Assembly (NCBI RefSeq): GCF_001457615.1
Contig: NZ_LN831024.1
Coordinates: 5,760,001 to 5,792,000 of the forward strand
DNA from: Pseudomonas aeruginosa
Lineage (GTDB): Bacteria > Pseudomonadota > Gammaproteobacteria > Pseudomonadales > Pseudomonadaceae
Direction of reading: 5' to 3'
Length of the DNA stretch: 32,000 nucleotides
Of this stretch, positions 18,997-29,417 are shown in pieces (the stretch's first letter is position 1; every line of letters begins with the position of its first letter). Both the position numbers and the translations under genes were made by a program. The notes under the pieces were generated by a model. The model worked only from the letters and a program-made list of their open reading frames with translations, did not search any database and was not told where the DNA came from.

Positions 18997-21365
18997 GGCG
19001 TGGGGTCATCCTTGTCGGCGGCGCCGGGCCGCGAGGCGTCGCGCCGGTAGGCGTCCGGGGCGGAACGCGGCTTGTGCTGGGGCATTTCCGCCCGGTAGTC
19101 ACGGAACCCCTGCTGGGCGAGCCGATCGTCGGCCTGCAGTGCGTCCGGTTGGTCGACCATCTCCACTTCGTAGGCGTGGCCATTGGCGGTCTCGATACGA
19201 TAGGTGCGTTCGCCCGGCAGCGGTTCGAAGCTGATTGCGCCGCCTTCGTCGGCGATGCCCTCCTCCTTGAAGGCACCGTTGGCGTAGAGCCGATACGGTT
19301 GCCTGGCCGCCGATGCCACGCCGGGCAACGGACTGAGTTCGAAACGCAGGAGTTTCTGCGGCGCTTCGCCGATCTTCTGGGCGATGGCTCCCAACAAGGC
19401 GCCTCCCGCCGCCGCGGCGTCGGCCGCGAGCGGTTGCAGCGGCGACAGCGCGCGAACGCCGCTACCGATGCCGGGGCTGCCGCCGCTGTTGATCATCACC
19501 TGGGCGCCGTCGAGGGTGACACCGACCGGGTCGAGCCTGGCGAAGCTGCCACCGCCCTTTAGGGTCAGCTCCATGCCTGCCTCGATCACTACCTTGTCGC
19601 CGGCCTTGAAATGGATCTCGTCGCCCGCCTCGACGAACTGGCCGGTGCCGATCCTCAGGTGCAACGCGTCGGCGACGCTGAGGTGGTCGGCCGCCTTCAG
19701 TTCGACCTTGCGGTCGGCATGGACCGTGCGCTGTTCCTCGGCCCTGAACTCGCTGTAGCTATCACCCTCGACCGTGTCGTGGCGCTCGTGGCCGACGCGG
19801 ATCTTCTGGTCGTGCTCGATGTTCTCGTCCCAGTCGCGCTGGGCGTGGACGAAGATCTGTTCCTGGCCCTTGCGGTCCTCGATGCGCAGTTCGTTGAAAC
19901 CGCCGCCGCCGGGGTAGCTGTCGGTCTTGAAAACGCTGCGGGTCTTGTTCTGCGGCAGCTCGTAGGGCACCCGGTTTTCGCTGTGGTAGAGGCAGCCGGT
20001 GACCAGCGGCTGATCCGGATCGCCCTCCAGGAAACCCACCAGGACTTCCATGCCCACCCGCGGGATGGCGACGCCGCCATAGCGCTTGCCCGCCCAGTTG
20101 GAGGCGACGCGCAACCAGCAACTGGTGTTGTCGTCGGCCTGGCCGAGGCGATCCCAGAAGAACTGCACCTTGACCCGGCCGTATTGGTCGCAGTGGATGG
20201 TCTCGCCGGCGGGGCCGGTCACGACCGCTGTCTGACAGCCCAGCACGCGTGGCCTGGGATGCTCCAGCGGGGGGCGGAAATGCGCGCTCCAGGGAGTGGC
20301 GACGAAACGGTTGCGATAGCCCTGGCGGAAATCGCCCCGGCCCTGCGCGACGTCGCTGTCGATCGACTCTTCCAGTACCTGCGGCTGCCGCCCTTCGTGG
20401 AGAACCTCGGTAAGCAGCCAGAGATCGTTCCATTCGCCGCGGGGATGCGCGGACAGCGTCAGGAAGTGTCCGCTGAGCAGCGCCGGTTCGTCGCTTTCGC
20501 CCCTGGCCTGTAGGTAGTCGGCGCGATGCCGTTCCAGCGCGCGCCGGCTCAGGTGCTTGCCGCGCTCGCGGTGGGTGAAGCGGCCGGGATAGTCGTAGTC
20601 CTCCAGGTCCGGTTGCTGCGCCCCGGGCTGCGGGCCATGGGCGGCCTGCATCTGCAACGCGGGTTGCTCGAAGTCGTAGTCGCGCCGGGTAACCCGGCTG
20701 GCACGGGTGTCGAAGCGCACGCCGAAGCGCTTGACCACCGGCTGGTCGGCGACCAGCCCGGCGTCCTGCACGTAGGCGACGGGGCGTTGCAGCCGCGGAA
20801 AGGAGGTCTGGTCGTCGCCGAAGACCAGCATATGGCCCTGGGCAGAAAACTCATGGTGGTAATGGATGCCTTCCTCCTCGCAGAGCCTGCTGAGGAACGC
20901 CAGGTCGGTTTCGTCGTACTGCGTGCAGTATTCGCGGGCCGGGTACGGCGTCGGGCCCAGCTGGAAGCGGTAGGCGTCGGCGAGAACGCCGTGGCCCTCC
21001 AGCACCCGGCCGATGATTTCCGGCACGCTGAGGCGCTGGAAGATGCGTTGGTCGCTGCACAGCCCCAGGTAGGCCAGGCGCGGCTCCAGGGTCGCGCGAT
21101 AGCCGGTCAGGCGCTTGCCGGAGTCCCCCTGGGCGATGCTGGTGAGCTGTCCGTGGACCCCTTGCCCGCTCGGCGAGAGGATCAGGAAGGCCGGCTGGTG
21201 CAGCAGCGCGTCGAGGTCCAGATCGGATCGCTCGCTGACCAGCTCCAGGTCGAAGCGAAAGGGCTGGCTGATGGCTTCGCGACCGCGGAAGGCGAGTACC
21301 TGGAAGTCGTGCCGGAGGTTTTCGATGCGAAGGCTGAAGTGCGTCTGGTTGGCGGGGGCGAACAT
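18993..21365 (-). CDS. vgrG5: T6SS spike protein VgrG, 790 aa (PA5090-like)
   Basis: 'FSLRIENLRHDFQVLAFRGREAISQPFRFDLELVS', gp5-like 'HCDQYGRVKVQFFWDRLG', 'VASNWAGKRYGGVAIPRVGMEVLVGFLEGDPDQPLVTGCLYH', then a non-VgrG C-terminal extension. ATGA overlap with pldB; RBS-like AGAGGA before ATG. Confidence 0.93.
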   Translation of the reverse strand: MFAPANQTHFSLRIENLRHDFQVLAFRGREAISQPFRFDLELVSERSDLDLDALLHQPAFLILSPSGQGVHGQLTSIAQGDSGKRLTGYRATLEPRLAYLGLCSDQRIFQRLSVPEIIGRVLEGHGVLADAYRFQLGPTPYPAREYCTQYDETDLAFLSRLCEEEGIHYHHEFSAQGHMLVFGDDQTSFPRLQRPVAYVQDAGLVADQPVVKRFGVRFDTRASRVTRRDYDFEQPALQMQAAHGPQPGAQQPDLEDYDYPGRFTHRERGKHLSRRALERHRADYLQARGESDEPALLSGHFLTLSAHPRGEWNDLWLLTEVLHEGRQPQVLEESIDSDVAQGRGDFRQGYRNRFVATPWSAHFRPPLEHPRPRVLGCQTAVVTGPAGETIHCDQYGRVKVQFFWDRLGQADDNTSCWLRVASNWAGKRYGGVAIPRVGMEVLVGFLEGDPDQPLVTGCLYHSENRVPYELPQNKTRSVFKTDSYPGGGGFNELRIEDRKGQEQIFVHAQRDWDENIEHDQKIRVGHERHDTVEGDSYSEFRAEEQRTVHADRKVELKAADHLSVADALHLRIGTGQFVEAGDEIHFKAGDKVVIEAGMELTLKGGGSFARLDPVGVTLDGAQVMINSGGSPGIGSGVRALSPLQPLAADAAAAGGALLGAIAQKIGEAPQKLLRFELSPLPGVASAARQPYRLYANGAFKEEGIADEGGAISFEPLPGERTYRIETANGHAYEVEMVDQPDALQADDRLAQQGFRDYRAEMPQHKPRSAPDAYRRDASRPGAADKDDPTP

Positions 21366-21553
21366 TCACTGTCCTCTTGGAAACGCAGCCGTGCGTTCCT
21401 GGCGTATTCGGTTCCGGGCGCGACGCGCCTGCGCCCGCGCGATGGAAATGCTGGCCGAGAGGATAGAGGAGAACAGTTGTGCAACTCTTTGCGCACTCGG
21501 CCTCCCGGCCGCATCAACGCTGACCTCAATAAATTTGTAACAGAAAATTTCCA

Positions 21554-21592
21554 GAATGCCGACGCGGACGCCCCACCCCATCCGCGGCATTC
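21554..21592 (-). terminator. Candidate terminator at the 3' end of the hut operon
   Basis: GAATGC-(CGA bulge)-CGCGGA … TCCGCG-GCATTC stem, followed on the minus strand by TGGAAATTTTCTGTTACAAATTTATT. Confidence 0.6.
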
Positions 21593-21635
21593 ACGTCCGC
21601 CAGGACGGGCCAGGCGTCCGCCGCCTCCGAGCGCC

Positions 21636-22436
21636 TCAGGCGTAGCGCTCGTGCCCCCAGGCGAGGAGGCTTTCCAGCAGTTCGCGGATGACCGCGCGGG
21701 TCGCTTCGGCGAGGTCCGCGCGGTAAGCGAACGGGGCCTGCTCGTCCATGTAGGTGCACTGCGCCAGCTCCAGCTGGACGGCATGGACGTGCTGCTCCGG
21801 CTGGCCGTAGTGGCGGGTGATGTGGCCGCCCTTGAAGCGCCCGTTGAGCACATGGCTGTAGCCTTCGGCGGCAGCGCAGACCGCCTCCAGGCGGGCCGCC
21901 AGCGCTGGATCGCAACTGGCGCCGGCGTTGGTGCCGAGATTGAAGTCGGGCAGTCGGCCGTCGAACAGGTGCGGCACGTGGGAACGGATCGAGTGGGCGT
22001 CCCAGAGCAGCGCGTAGCCGAACTCGGCCTTCAGCCGCGCCAGTTGCTCGGCGATGGTCCGGTGGTAGGGCGTCCACACTTCGGCCAGGTAGCGCATGCG
22101 TTCCTCGGCGGACGGCGCCATGCCTTCGCGGTAGAGCGGCCGGCCGTCGAACAGGGTGTCCGGATACAGGCCGGTAGTGGCGGTGCTGTACAGCGGCTTG
22201 TCGTCGGAAGGGCGGTTGAGATCGACTACATAGCGCGAATAGTGGGCAGCCAGGGTGCTGGCGCCCAGTTCCTCGGCGAAATCGTAGAGCCGGGGAATGT
22301 GCCAGTCGGTATCGGTCAGCGCCCGCGCCTCCTCCACCAGGCCGGCGTCCACCGCCGGGGTCAGGCGCGTGCCGGGGTGCGGCATGCTGATCAGTAGCGG
22401 CACGCGGCCGCGCTTGAAACTCAGGACTTCATCCAC
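21636..22436 (-). CDS. hutG: N-formylglutamate amidohydrolase, 266 aa, GTG start
   Basis: Start trimmed to (V)[25 protein letters not shown]; '[32 protein letters not shown]'; 8-nt overlap with hutI. Confidence 0.93.
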   Translation of the reverse strand: MDEVLSFKRGRVPLLISMPHPGTRLTPAVDAGLVEEARALTDTDWHIPRLYDFAEELGASTLAAHYSRYVVDLNRPSDDKPLYSTATTGLYPDTLFDGRPLYREGMAPSAEERMRYLAEVWTPYHRTIAEQLARLKAEFGYALLWDAHSIRSHVPHLFDGRLPDFNLGTNAGASCDPALAARLEAVCAAAEGYSHVLNGRFKGGHITRHYGQPEQHVHAVQLELAQCTYMDEQAPFAYRADLAEATRAVIRELLESLLAWGHERYA

Positions 22437-23637
22437 GGTATACCTCCTCGGCGTGGCGAATGACGCGTTTCGGCAGATCGCCACCCAGCCAGTAGGCCAG
22501 CTCCGCCGGACGCTCGATGTCCCAGGCGACGAAGTCGGCCAGCTTGCCGACCTCCAGGCTGCCGTGGCGGGCTTCCAGCCCCAGCGCCCGGGCGGCGTGC
22601 AGGGTGACACCGGCCAGCGCCTCCTCCGGGGTCAGGCGGAACAGGGTACAGGCCATGTTCAGCATCAGGCGCAACGACAGCGCCGGCGAGGTGCCGGGAT
22701 TGAGATCGCTGGCAATGGCCATGGCCACCCCGTGCCGGCGCAGGGCATCGATCGGCGGCAGCTGGGTCTCGCGCAGCAGGTAGAAGGCGCCCGGCAGCAG
22801 CACCGCGACGGTGCCCGCCTCGCCCATGGCGCGGGCGTCGTCCTCGGTCATGTACTCCAGGTGGTCGGCCGACAAAGCCCGGTAGCGCGCCGCCAGGCTG
22901 GAACCGTGCAGCGAGGATAGCTGCTCGGCGTGCAGCTTCACCGGCAGGCCCAGCTCGCGGGCGGCGATGAATACCCGCTCGACCTGCGCCGGGGAAAACG
23001 CCAGGTGCTCGCAGAAGGCGTCCACCGCGTCCACCAGTCCCTCCCCGGCCAGCGCGGGGAGCATCGTCGAGCAGATATGCTCGATGTAGTCGTCGGCGCG
23101 CCCGGCGTATTCCGGCGGTAGCGCATGGGCAGCCAGGCAGGTGCTGCGCACGGTCGCCGGCAGGCGTTCGCCGAGGCGGCGGATGACCCGCAGCATCTTG
23201 CGCTCGCTGGCCAGGTCGAGGCCGTAGCCGGACTTGATCTCCAGCGCCGTCACGCCGTCGCGCAGCAAGGGCTCCAGGCGCTTGCGCGCGCTGGCCAGCA
23301 ATTCTTCCTCGCTGGCCTCGCGGGTGGCGCGTACGGTGCTGGCGATGCCGCCGCCGGCGGCGGCGATCTCGGCGTAGCTGACGCCCTCCAGGCGCTGCTC
23401 GAATTCGCCGCTGCGGTTGCCGCCGAACACCGCGTGGGTGTGGCAGTCGATCAACCCCGGGGTCAGCCAGGCGCCATCGAGGTCGATGCGTTCGGCGTAG
23501 TCGCCGGGCGGCAGTTCGGCGCGCGGGCCGATCCAGTGGATCAGCGGACCGTCGGTGACCAGGGCGGCGTCCTCGACGATCGAGTACTTGCCGCCCTTGA
23601 GGGTGGCGGCATGGCAATGCTGCCAGAGTCGTTTCAT
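22429..23637 (-). CDS. hutI: Imidazolonepropionase, 402 aa
   Basis: Amidohydrolase motif '[24 protein letters not shown]', 'VKLHAEQLS', '[23 protein letters not shown]'. Confidence 0.96.
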   Translation of the reverse strand: MKRLWQHCHAATLKGGKYSIVEDAALVTDGPLIHWIGPRAELPPGDYAERIDLDGAWLTPGLIDCHTHAVFGGNRSGEFEQRLEGVSYAEIAAAGGGIASTVRATREASEEELLASARKRLEPLLRDGVTALEIKSGYGLDLASERKMLRVIRRLGERLPATVRSTCLAAHALPPEYAGRADDYIEHICSTMLPALAGEGLVDAVDAFCEHLAFSPAQVERVFIAARELGLPVKLHAEQLSSLHGSSLAARYRALSADHLEYMTEDDARAMGEAGTVAVLLPGAFYLLRETQLPPIDALRRHGVAMAIASDLNPGTSPALSLRLMLNMACTLFRLTPEEALAGVTLHAARALGLEARHGSLEVGKLADFVAWDIERPAELAYWLGGDLPKRVIRHAEEVYRG

Positions 23638-25166
23638 TGCAGGTCTCCTATGCTCGCGGCCAGCCGGGCGAGACTCTTCCGCTCGCCGAGGATGGCCGCC
23701 GCGCTGGCGATGTCGGGAGCCAGCCAGCGGTCGGTGTCGTACGCGGGCACGCGCTCGCGCAGGATGCCCCAGGCCGCCGCGGTGCCCTGGCCGAAGCGTT
23801 GCGGGGCGAGGAATTCGAAGGCCTGGGCGGCCAGCAGGTACTCGATGGCGAGGATCCGCCGGAGGTTCTCCAGGGCCCTGCCAAGCTTGAGCGCGGCACT
23901 GGTGCCGAGGCTCAGGTGGTCCTCCTGGAGCGCCGAGGTGACGAAGTTGTCGACCACCGCCGGCTGCGCCAGCTGGCGGTTCTCGCCAGCCAGGGAGGCG
24001 GCGACGTACTGGGTGATCATCATCCCCGAGTTGACTCCCGGCTTGCCCACCAGGAACGCCGGCAGGCCGCTGACCAGCGGGTTGACCAGGCGATCCAGGC
24101 GCCGCTCGGCGACCCCGCCCAGCTCGGCCACGGCGATCGCCAGCAGGTCGGCGGCCATCGCCACCGATTCGCCGTGGGGATTGGCCTGGGATACCACCCG
24201 GTAGGCCTCCGGCGTACCCAGCAGCAGCGGGTTGTCGGTGGCCGAGTTGAGTTCGGTCTCTATCTGCCGCGCCGCGTGGGCCAACTGGTCACGGCAGGCG
24301 CCATGGATCTGCGGTATCGAGCGGATGCTCAGGGCATCCTGGGTGCGGATGCCGCGGGCGTTCTCCAGCACCTGGCTGCCAGCCAGCAAGGCCCGCAGAT
24401 TGGCGGCGACCCGCTGCATCCCGGGATGCGGCTTGAGCGCAACGATCTCGGCGTCGAACGCCGCCAGTTGGCCGCGCAGGGCCTCGAAGCTCATCGCCCC
24501 GATCACGTCGGCCCACTGCGCCAGGCGCTGCGCGTCGTCCAGGGCCAGGCAGGCGAGGCCGGTCATGCACGGCGTGCCGTTGACCAGGCAGAGCCCGTCC
24601 TTGGCTCCCAGGCGCACCGTCGCCAGGCCTTCCGCCGCCAACGCGGCGGCGGCCGGCACGACGCTGCCGCGGTAGCTGACCTCGCCGATGCCGAGCAGGG
24701 CGATGCCGACGTGCGCCATGTGGGTCAGGTAGCCCACCGAGCCCTGGGCCGGCACCTGCGGGGTAATGCCGTGGTTGAGCAGCGCCAGCAGCCCTTCCAC
24801 CAGCGAACGGTCGAGCCCGGACTTGCCCTGGCTGTAGTTGGCGACGGCGGCACAGATGATCGCCCGGGTCTGTTCGTCGCGCAGCGGCTCGCCGACCCCG
24901 CAGGCATGGCTGAGCAAGGTGTTGCGCGACAGCTCGGCGAGCTGCTCGCCTTCCAGCAGGACGTCGCACAGCGCGCCGAGGCCGGTACTGATGCCGTAGG
25001 CACGCTCGCCGTTGGCGACGATACGGCAGACGATGGCGCGGGCGTTGTCGATCCGTGCCCAGGCCGCCGCCGACAGTTCCAGGCGCGCACCGTGCCGGGC
25101 CACCGCGACCAGTTCCTGCCAACGCAGCGGGCCGTCGCCGAACACGACGCTCGGTAGGTCGCTCAT
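23634..25166 (-). CDS. Histidine/aromatic amino acid ammonia-lyase family protein, 510 aa (PA5093-like), atypical: lacks the ASG MIO triad
   Basis: HutH-family features '[14 protein letters not shown]', '[41 protein letters not shown]', '[16 protein letters not shown]'; '[12 protein letters not shown]' replaces '[15 protein letters not shown]'. Confidence 0.9.
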   Translation of the reverse strand: MSDLPSVVFGDGPLRWQELVAVARHGARLELSAAAWARIDNARAIVCRIVANGERAYGISTGLGALCDVLLEGEQLAELSRNTLLSHACGVGEPLRDEQTRAIICAAVANYSQGKSGLDRSLVEGLLALLNHGITPQVPAQGSVGYLTHMAHVGIALLGIGEVSYRGSVVPAAAALAAEGLATVRLGAKDGLCLVNGTPCMTGLACLALDDAQRLAQWADVIGAMSFEALRGQLAAFDAEIVALKPHPGMQRVAANLRALLAGSQVLENARGIRTQDALSIRSIPQIHGACRDQLAHAARQIETELNSATDNPLLLGTPEAYRVVSQANPHGESVAMAADLLAIAVAELGGVAERRLDRLVNPLVSGLPAFLVGKPGVNSGMMITQYVAASLAGENRQLAQPAVVDNFVTSALQEDHLSLGTSAALKLGRALENLRRILAIEYLLAAQAFEFLAPQRFGQGTAAAWGILRERVPAYDTDRWLAPDIASAAAILGERKSLARLAASIGDLQ

Positions 25167-25993
25167 AGGTTCGCCACCCGCCGCTGGACGAAGCGGTCGA
25201 CGTAGTCGTCGGCCGGCTGGTGGAGGATTTCCCGTGGTGTGCCGACCTGGATCAGTTGGCCGTCCTTGAGGATCGCGATGCGGTTGCCGATGCGTACCGC
25301 CTCGTCGAGGTCATGGGTGATGAAGACGATGGTCTTGTGCAGGGTTTTCTGCAGTTCCAGCAACTGGTCCTGCATGTCCGCGCGGATCAACGGGTCGAGG
25401 GCGCTGAAGGCCTCGTCCATGAGAATGATCTCGGTGTCGGCGGCCAGCGCGCGGGCCAGGCCAACGCGCTGGCGCATGCCACCGGAAAGCTGGTGCGGAT
25501 AGGACTTCTCGTAGCCCTTCAGGCCCACCGTGGCGATCCAGTGCAGGGCCCGCTCGTGGCACTGCGCCCGGCTTTCGCCGCGAACCTTCAGGCCGTAGGC
25601 GACATTGTCGAGCACGCTCTTGTGCGGCAGCAGGCCGAAACTCTGGAACACCATGCTGATCTTGCGCCGGCGGAATTGCCGGAGGGCTTCCATGTCGTAG
25701 CGCAGGATGTCCTCGCCATCCACCAGGATCTCGCCGCTGGTGGGGTCGATCAGGCGGTTGAAGTGGCGCACCAGGGTCGACTTGCCGGAACCCGACAGGC
25801 CCATGATCACGAAGATCTCGCCAGCGCCGATGGACAGCGACAGGTCGTTGACGCCGACCACGCAGCCGGTCTGCGCCAGCACTTCGGCCTTGCTGCGTCC
25901 CTGGCGGATCAGCGCCAGCGCGGCATCGGCGCGCGGGCCGAAGATCTTGAACACGTTCTTCACTTCGATCTTGTTCATCTGCGCACCGCTCAT
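25163..25993 (-). CDS. hutV: Histidine ABC transporter ATP-binding protein, 276 aa
   Basis: Start trimmed from the 801-aa ORF to [19 protein letters not shown] (ATG at 25991-25993, ATGA overlap with the permease); Walker [10 protein letters not shown], signature [15 protein letters not shown]. Confidence 0.92.
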   Translation of the reverse strand: MSGAQMNKIEVKNVFKIFGPRADAALALIRQGRSKAEVLAQTGCVVGVNDLSLSIGAGEIFVIMGLSGSGKSTLVRHFNRLIDPTSGEILVDGEDILRYDMEALRQFRRRKISMVFQSFGLLPHKSVLDNVAYGLKVRGESRAQCHERALHWIATVGLKGYEKSYPHQLSGGMRQRVGLARALAADTEIILMDEAFSALDPLIRADMQDQLLELQKTLHKTIVFITHDLDEAVRIGNRIAILKDGQLIQVGTPREILHQPADDYVDRFVQRRVANL

Positions 25994-26841
25994 TTGCTCG
26001 TCTCGTGCCGGGAACGGCCGTAGGCCTGGGTGATGCGGTCGATCACCACCGCGAGGATGACGATCGCCAGGCCGGCTTCCAGGCCCTTGCCCACGTTCAG
26101 CGTCTGGATGCCCACCAGTACGTCTTCGCCGAGGCCGCGGGCGCCGATCATCGAAGCGATCACCACCATCGACAGGGCCATCATGGTGGTCTGGTTGATC
26201 CCCGCCATGATGCTCGGCAGGGCCAGCGGCAACTGCACGCCGAACAGCTGCTGCCAGCGGTTGGCGCCGAAGGCGTTGACCGCCTCCATCACCTCGCTGT
26301 CGACCTGGCGGATGCCCAGGTCGGTGAGGCGGATCAGCGGCGGCGCGGCATAGATCACGGTGGCGAAGATCGCCGGCACCTTGCCCAGGCCGAACAGCAT
26401 CAGCACCGGGATCAGGTACACGAAGCTGGGCATGGTCTGCATGATGTCCAGCAGCGGCATCAGTACCGCGCGCAGGCGGTTGCTGCGCGCGGCGAGGATG
26501 CCCAGGGGGATGCCGATCAGCACCGAGATGAAGGTCGCCACCAGCATCAGCGCGAGGGTCTGCATCAGCTTGTCCCAGAGGCCGACGGCGCCGACCAGGA
26601 ACAGCAGGCCGGTGATCACCAGGGTCGGCAGCAGGCGCCGGGTGGCGTGCCAGGCGATCGCCGCGACGATCGCCAGCAACAGCCACCAGGGCGTGGCGCG
26701 GAGTAGCCCTTCGAGGTTGACGATGGCCCACAGCAGGGTGTCGGAGATCTTGCGGAACAGGTCGCCGTAGTTGGTCACCAGGGCGTCGACCCAAGCGTTG
26801 ACCCAGTCGGCGATGGAAAATGTCAGGCGTTCGGGAAACAT
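25990..26841 (-). CDS. hutW: Histidine ABC transporter permease, ProW-like, 283 aa
   Basis: '[47 protein letters not shown]', '[53 protein letters not shown]'. Confidence 0.93.
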   Translation of the reverse strand: MFPERLTFSIADWVNAWVDALVTNYGDLFRKISDTLLWAIVNLEGLLRATPWWLLLAIVAAIAWHATRRLLPTLVITGLLFLVGAVGLWDKLMQTLALMLVATFISVLIGIPLGILAARSNRLRAVLMPLLDIMQTMPSFVYLIPVLMLFGLGKVPAIFATVIYAAPPLIRLTDLGIRQVDSEVMEAVNAFGANRWQQLFGVQLPLALPSIMAGINQTTMMALSMVVIASMIGARGLGEDVLVGIQTLNVGKGLEAGLAIVILAVVIDRITQAYGRSRHETSK

Positions 26842-26865
26842 GGTCTGCTCTCGTCGGTCGTGGGT

Positions 26866-27834
26866 TCAGAGTGCCGCTTCGATCTTCTTCGCCGCGTCCT
26901 CGTCGACCCAGGCGTGCCAGACCTCGGGGTGCTCCTTGAGGAATTCGCGCGCCAGGCGCGCTGCATCGATCCTGTCCTTGGCCATCCGCGCCAGGTCGCT
27001 GTTCAGCAGCTCCGCCGGCAGGTTGACCTTCTCCAGCACCGCCACCAGCTCCGGCGCCTGGTCGTGGAAGGTCCGCGACAGGCCGACCTGGATCCTGATG
27101 CGCTTGTCGACGCCGGGCCTTTCCTCCAGGCGCACCAGGTCGGCACGGCCCATCAGCGGCGTCGGCGACCAGTAGTAGAACAGGATAGGCTCGCCGCGCC
27201 GATAGCTCGACAGCACCGCCGCGTCCAGTGCCGGGCCGGTGCCCGGACGGAAATTGGTGAACGTCTCTTCCAGGCCGTAGCTTTTCAGCATCTCGCTGTT
27301 CTCCAGCTCGCAAGTCCAGCCGGCCGGGCAATTGTAGAAGCGCCCCTTGCCCGGCTCTTCCGGGTCGCGGAAGACCTCGGCGTACTGCGCCAGGTCGGCG
27401 ATAGAGCGCAGCTTCGGCGCCTTCGCCTCGAGCTTGCGCTGCGGGTCGCCCTCGATCACGTAGCGCGGCACGTACCAGCCCTCCACCGCGCCGACGATGG
27501 GTTCGCCGACGCCGACCACCTTGCCGGCCGCGGCAGCCTTGTTCCAGGCGTCGCTGCGGCCGATCCACTCCTCGGCGAAGACCTGGATGTCATTGGTGCT
27601 CAGCGCCTGCTCCATGGTGATCGAGTTGCCCGGCAGGCTGTCGGTGGTACAGCCGTAGCCCTTGGCCAGGACGAACTGCATCAGCTCGGTGAGCAGGGTC
27701 CCGCTCTCCCAGTTCAGCCCGGCGAACTTCACCGCCTTGCCGGACTCGCACCAGCCTTCCGCCTGGGCGCCCGCCGCGGCGGCGAGCAGGCCGAGGGCAC
27801 AGAGAACACTCAACATCGACTTCTTGTATCGCAT
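26866..27834 (-). CDS. hutX: Substrate-binding protein of the histidine (ProX/OpuAC-like) ABC transporter, 322 aa
   Basis: Start trimmed to [28 protein letters not shown] (signal peptide); '[28 protein letters not shown]', '[18 protein letters not shown]'. Confidence 0.9.
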   Translation of the reverse strand: MRYKKSMLSVLCALGLLAAAAGAQAEGWCESGKAVKFAGLNWESGTLLTELMQFVLAKGYGCTTDSLPGNSITMEQALSTNDIQVFAEEWIGRSDAWNKAAAAGKVVGVGEPIVGAVEGWYVPRYVIEGDPQRKLEAKAPKLRSIADLAQYAEVFRDPEEPGKGRFYNCPAGWTCELENSEMLKSYGLEETFTNFRPGTGPALDAAVLSSYRRGEPILFYYWSPTPLMGRADLVRLEERPGVDKRIRIQVGLSRTFHDQAPELVAVLEKVNLPAELLNSDLARMAKDRIDAARLAREFLKEHPEVWHAWVDEDAAKKIEAAL

Positions 27835-27924
27835 GGTTCGACGCTCCAGATGCACGATTGGGAAAGGCAGTTGGAAAACCTGCGGGCCGCGCCCGGGGGA
27901 ACGGCCTCGATCGTTGTTATTGGC

Positions 27925-27942
27925 CGGCGGCTCAGGCCGCCG
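27925..27942 (-). terminator. GC-rich hairpin just downstream of hutT
   Basis: Perfect 7-bp stem CGGCGGC/GCCGCCG with 4-nt loop TCAG, 10 nt past the hutT stop; no clear T-run, so terminator function is uncertain. Confidence 0.4.
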
Positions 27943-27951
27943 TCGGTTCCG

Positions 27952-29355
27952 TCACAGCCCTCCCTGGGCCTGAAGCACGCCATGCGCGGCATCGCCCTTC
28001 GGCCTGACCCAGCGCCGGTAGGCGATCACCAGCAAGGCGATCCAGATAGCCCCGACCCACAGGGCCGGGCGGGTGTCCGGGAAATAGCCGAGCACCACGA
28101 AGATGAACAGCATGAAGACGATCGCCGCCGCCGGCGCGAATGGCCACAGCGGCACCGGGAACTTCAGCGCGGCGACCTGGCGCGGCCCCATGCGCCGGCG
28201 CATGCCGACCTGGGCCAGGAGGATCATCAGCCAGACCCACACGGTGGCGAAGGTGGCGATGGAAGCGATCAACAGGAATACGCTCTGCGGGATCAGGTAG
28301 TTCAGCGCCACGCCGAGCAGCAGGGCCACCGCCATCAGCAGCACGGTCATCCACGGCACGCCGTGCCGCGACACCCGCGAGAAGCCGACCGGCGCCTGGC
28401 CCTGGCGGGCCATGCCGTAGAGCATGCGACCGGCGCCGAAGATGTCGCTGTTGATCGCCGAAATCGCCGCGGTGATCACCACGACATTTAGGATCGCCGC
28501 GGCCGACTCGATCCCCAGGCCGTCGAAGATCTGCACGAAGGGACTGCCGTTGCTGCCGATCTGCTGCCAGGGGAAGATCGCCATCAGCACGAACAGGGTC
28601 AGCACGTAGAACAGCAGGATGCGCAGCGGCACCGCATTGATCGCCCGCGGGATCACCCGCTGCGGGTCCTGCGCCTCGCCGGCGGTGATGCCGATGATCT
28701 CGATGCCGCCGAAGGCGAACACCACCACCGACAGCGAGGCGACCAGCCCGGCCCAACCGTTGGGCAGGAAGCCGCCGTGCTGCCACAGGTTGTGCACGCC
28801 GGTGGCGGACGTCGCCGCGCCGTCCAGGCTGAAGCCGAAGAACATGATGCCGAGCCCGGCGAGGATCATCGCGACGATGGCGCCGACCTTGACCAGCGAC
28901 AGCCAGAACTCCAGCTCGCCGAAGACCTTGACATGGCAGAGGTTCAGCCCGCCGATGAACAGCACGATGGACAGTACCCAGATCCAGCGCGGCACGTCGG
29001 GAAACCAGAACCCCATGTAGATGCCGAACGCGGTGACATCGGCGAGGCAGACGATGATCATCTCGAAAGCGTAGGTCCAGCCGGTGACGAACCCGGCCAG
29101 GGGGCCGAGATAGCTGCTGGCGTAATGGCCGAACGAGCCGGACACCGGCTCGTGCACCGCCATCTCGCCGAGCGCGCGCATCACCATGTACACCGCCGCG
29201 CCGGCGACCAGGTAGGCCAGCAGCACCGCCGGCCCGGCCATCTGGATGGCCGATGCGGAACCGTAGAACAGGCCGGTGCCGATCGCCGACCCCAGTGCCA
29301 TGAAACGAATATGACGGGCGTTCAGCCCGCGCCGAAGCCCCGTGTCGTGCGTCAT
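27952..29355 (-). CDS. hutT: Amino acid permease of the APC family (histidine permease), 467 aa
   Basis: Start trimmed to [52 protein letters not shown]; CAGGAGAG RBS upstream; about 12 TM segments. Confidence 0.9.
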   Translation of the reverse strand: MTHDTGLRRGLNARHIRFMALGSAIGTGLFYGSASAIQMAGPAVLLAYLVAGAAVYMVMRALGEMAVHEPVSGSFGHYASSYLGPLAGFVTGWTYAFEMIIVCLADVTAFGIYMGFWFPDVPRWIWVLSIVLFIGGLNLCHVKVFGELEFWLSLVKVGAIVAMILAGLGIMFFGFSLDGAATSATGVHNLWQHGGFLPNGWAGLVASLSVVVFAFGGIEIIGITAGEAQDPQRVIPRAINAVPLRILLFYVLTLFVLMAIFPWQQIGSNGSPFVQIFDGLGIESAAAILNVVVITAAISAINSDIFGAGRMLYGMARQGQAPVGFSRVSRHGVPWMTVLLMAVALLLGVALNYLIPQSVFLLIASIATFATVWVWLMILLAQVGMRRRMGPRQVAALKFPVPLWPFAPAAAIVFMLFIFVVLGYFPDTRPALWVGAIWIALLVIAYRRWVRPKGDAAHGVLQAQGGL

Positions 29356-29390
29356 CCCTCGGCTCTCCTGTTGTTGTTCTTGCTGGAGCG

Positions 29391-29410
29391 CCCCGGCCGA
29401 GCGGCCGGGG
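29391..29410 (-). promoter_or_regulatory. Intercistronic stem-loop between hutH and hutT
   Basis: Perfect 8-bp stem CCCCGGCC/GGCCGGGG, loop GAGC, in the 62-nt gap. Confidence 0.5.
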
Positions 29411-29417
29411 GCGGGTA

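Noticed and set aside
13180-21635. Transposon, integrase or tRNA-linked genomic island boundaries for the T6SS island
   Set aside because: I saw no transposase, integrase, tRNA gene or clear flanking repeats within the window. Horizontal origin rests only on composition.
25994-27568. N-terminal 500+ residues of the 801-aa ORF 25163-27568
   Set aside because: The Arg/Pro/Ala-rich translation is an out-of-frame read through hutW and hutX. The real ATPase starts at 25993 with an ATGA overlap.
25163-27834. Interpreting the ProX/W/V-like genes as an osmoprotectant (betaine) transporter
   Set aside because: The family resemblance is real, but location within the hut operon between lyase and permease genes supports the histidine transporter HutXWV.
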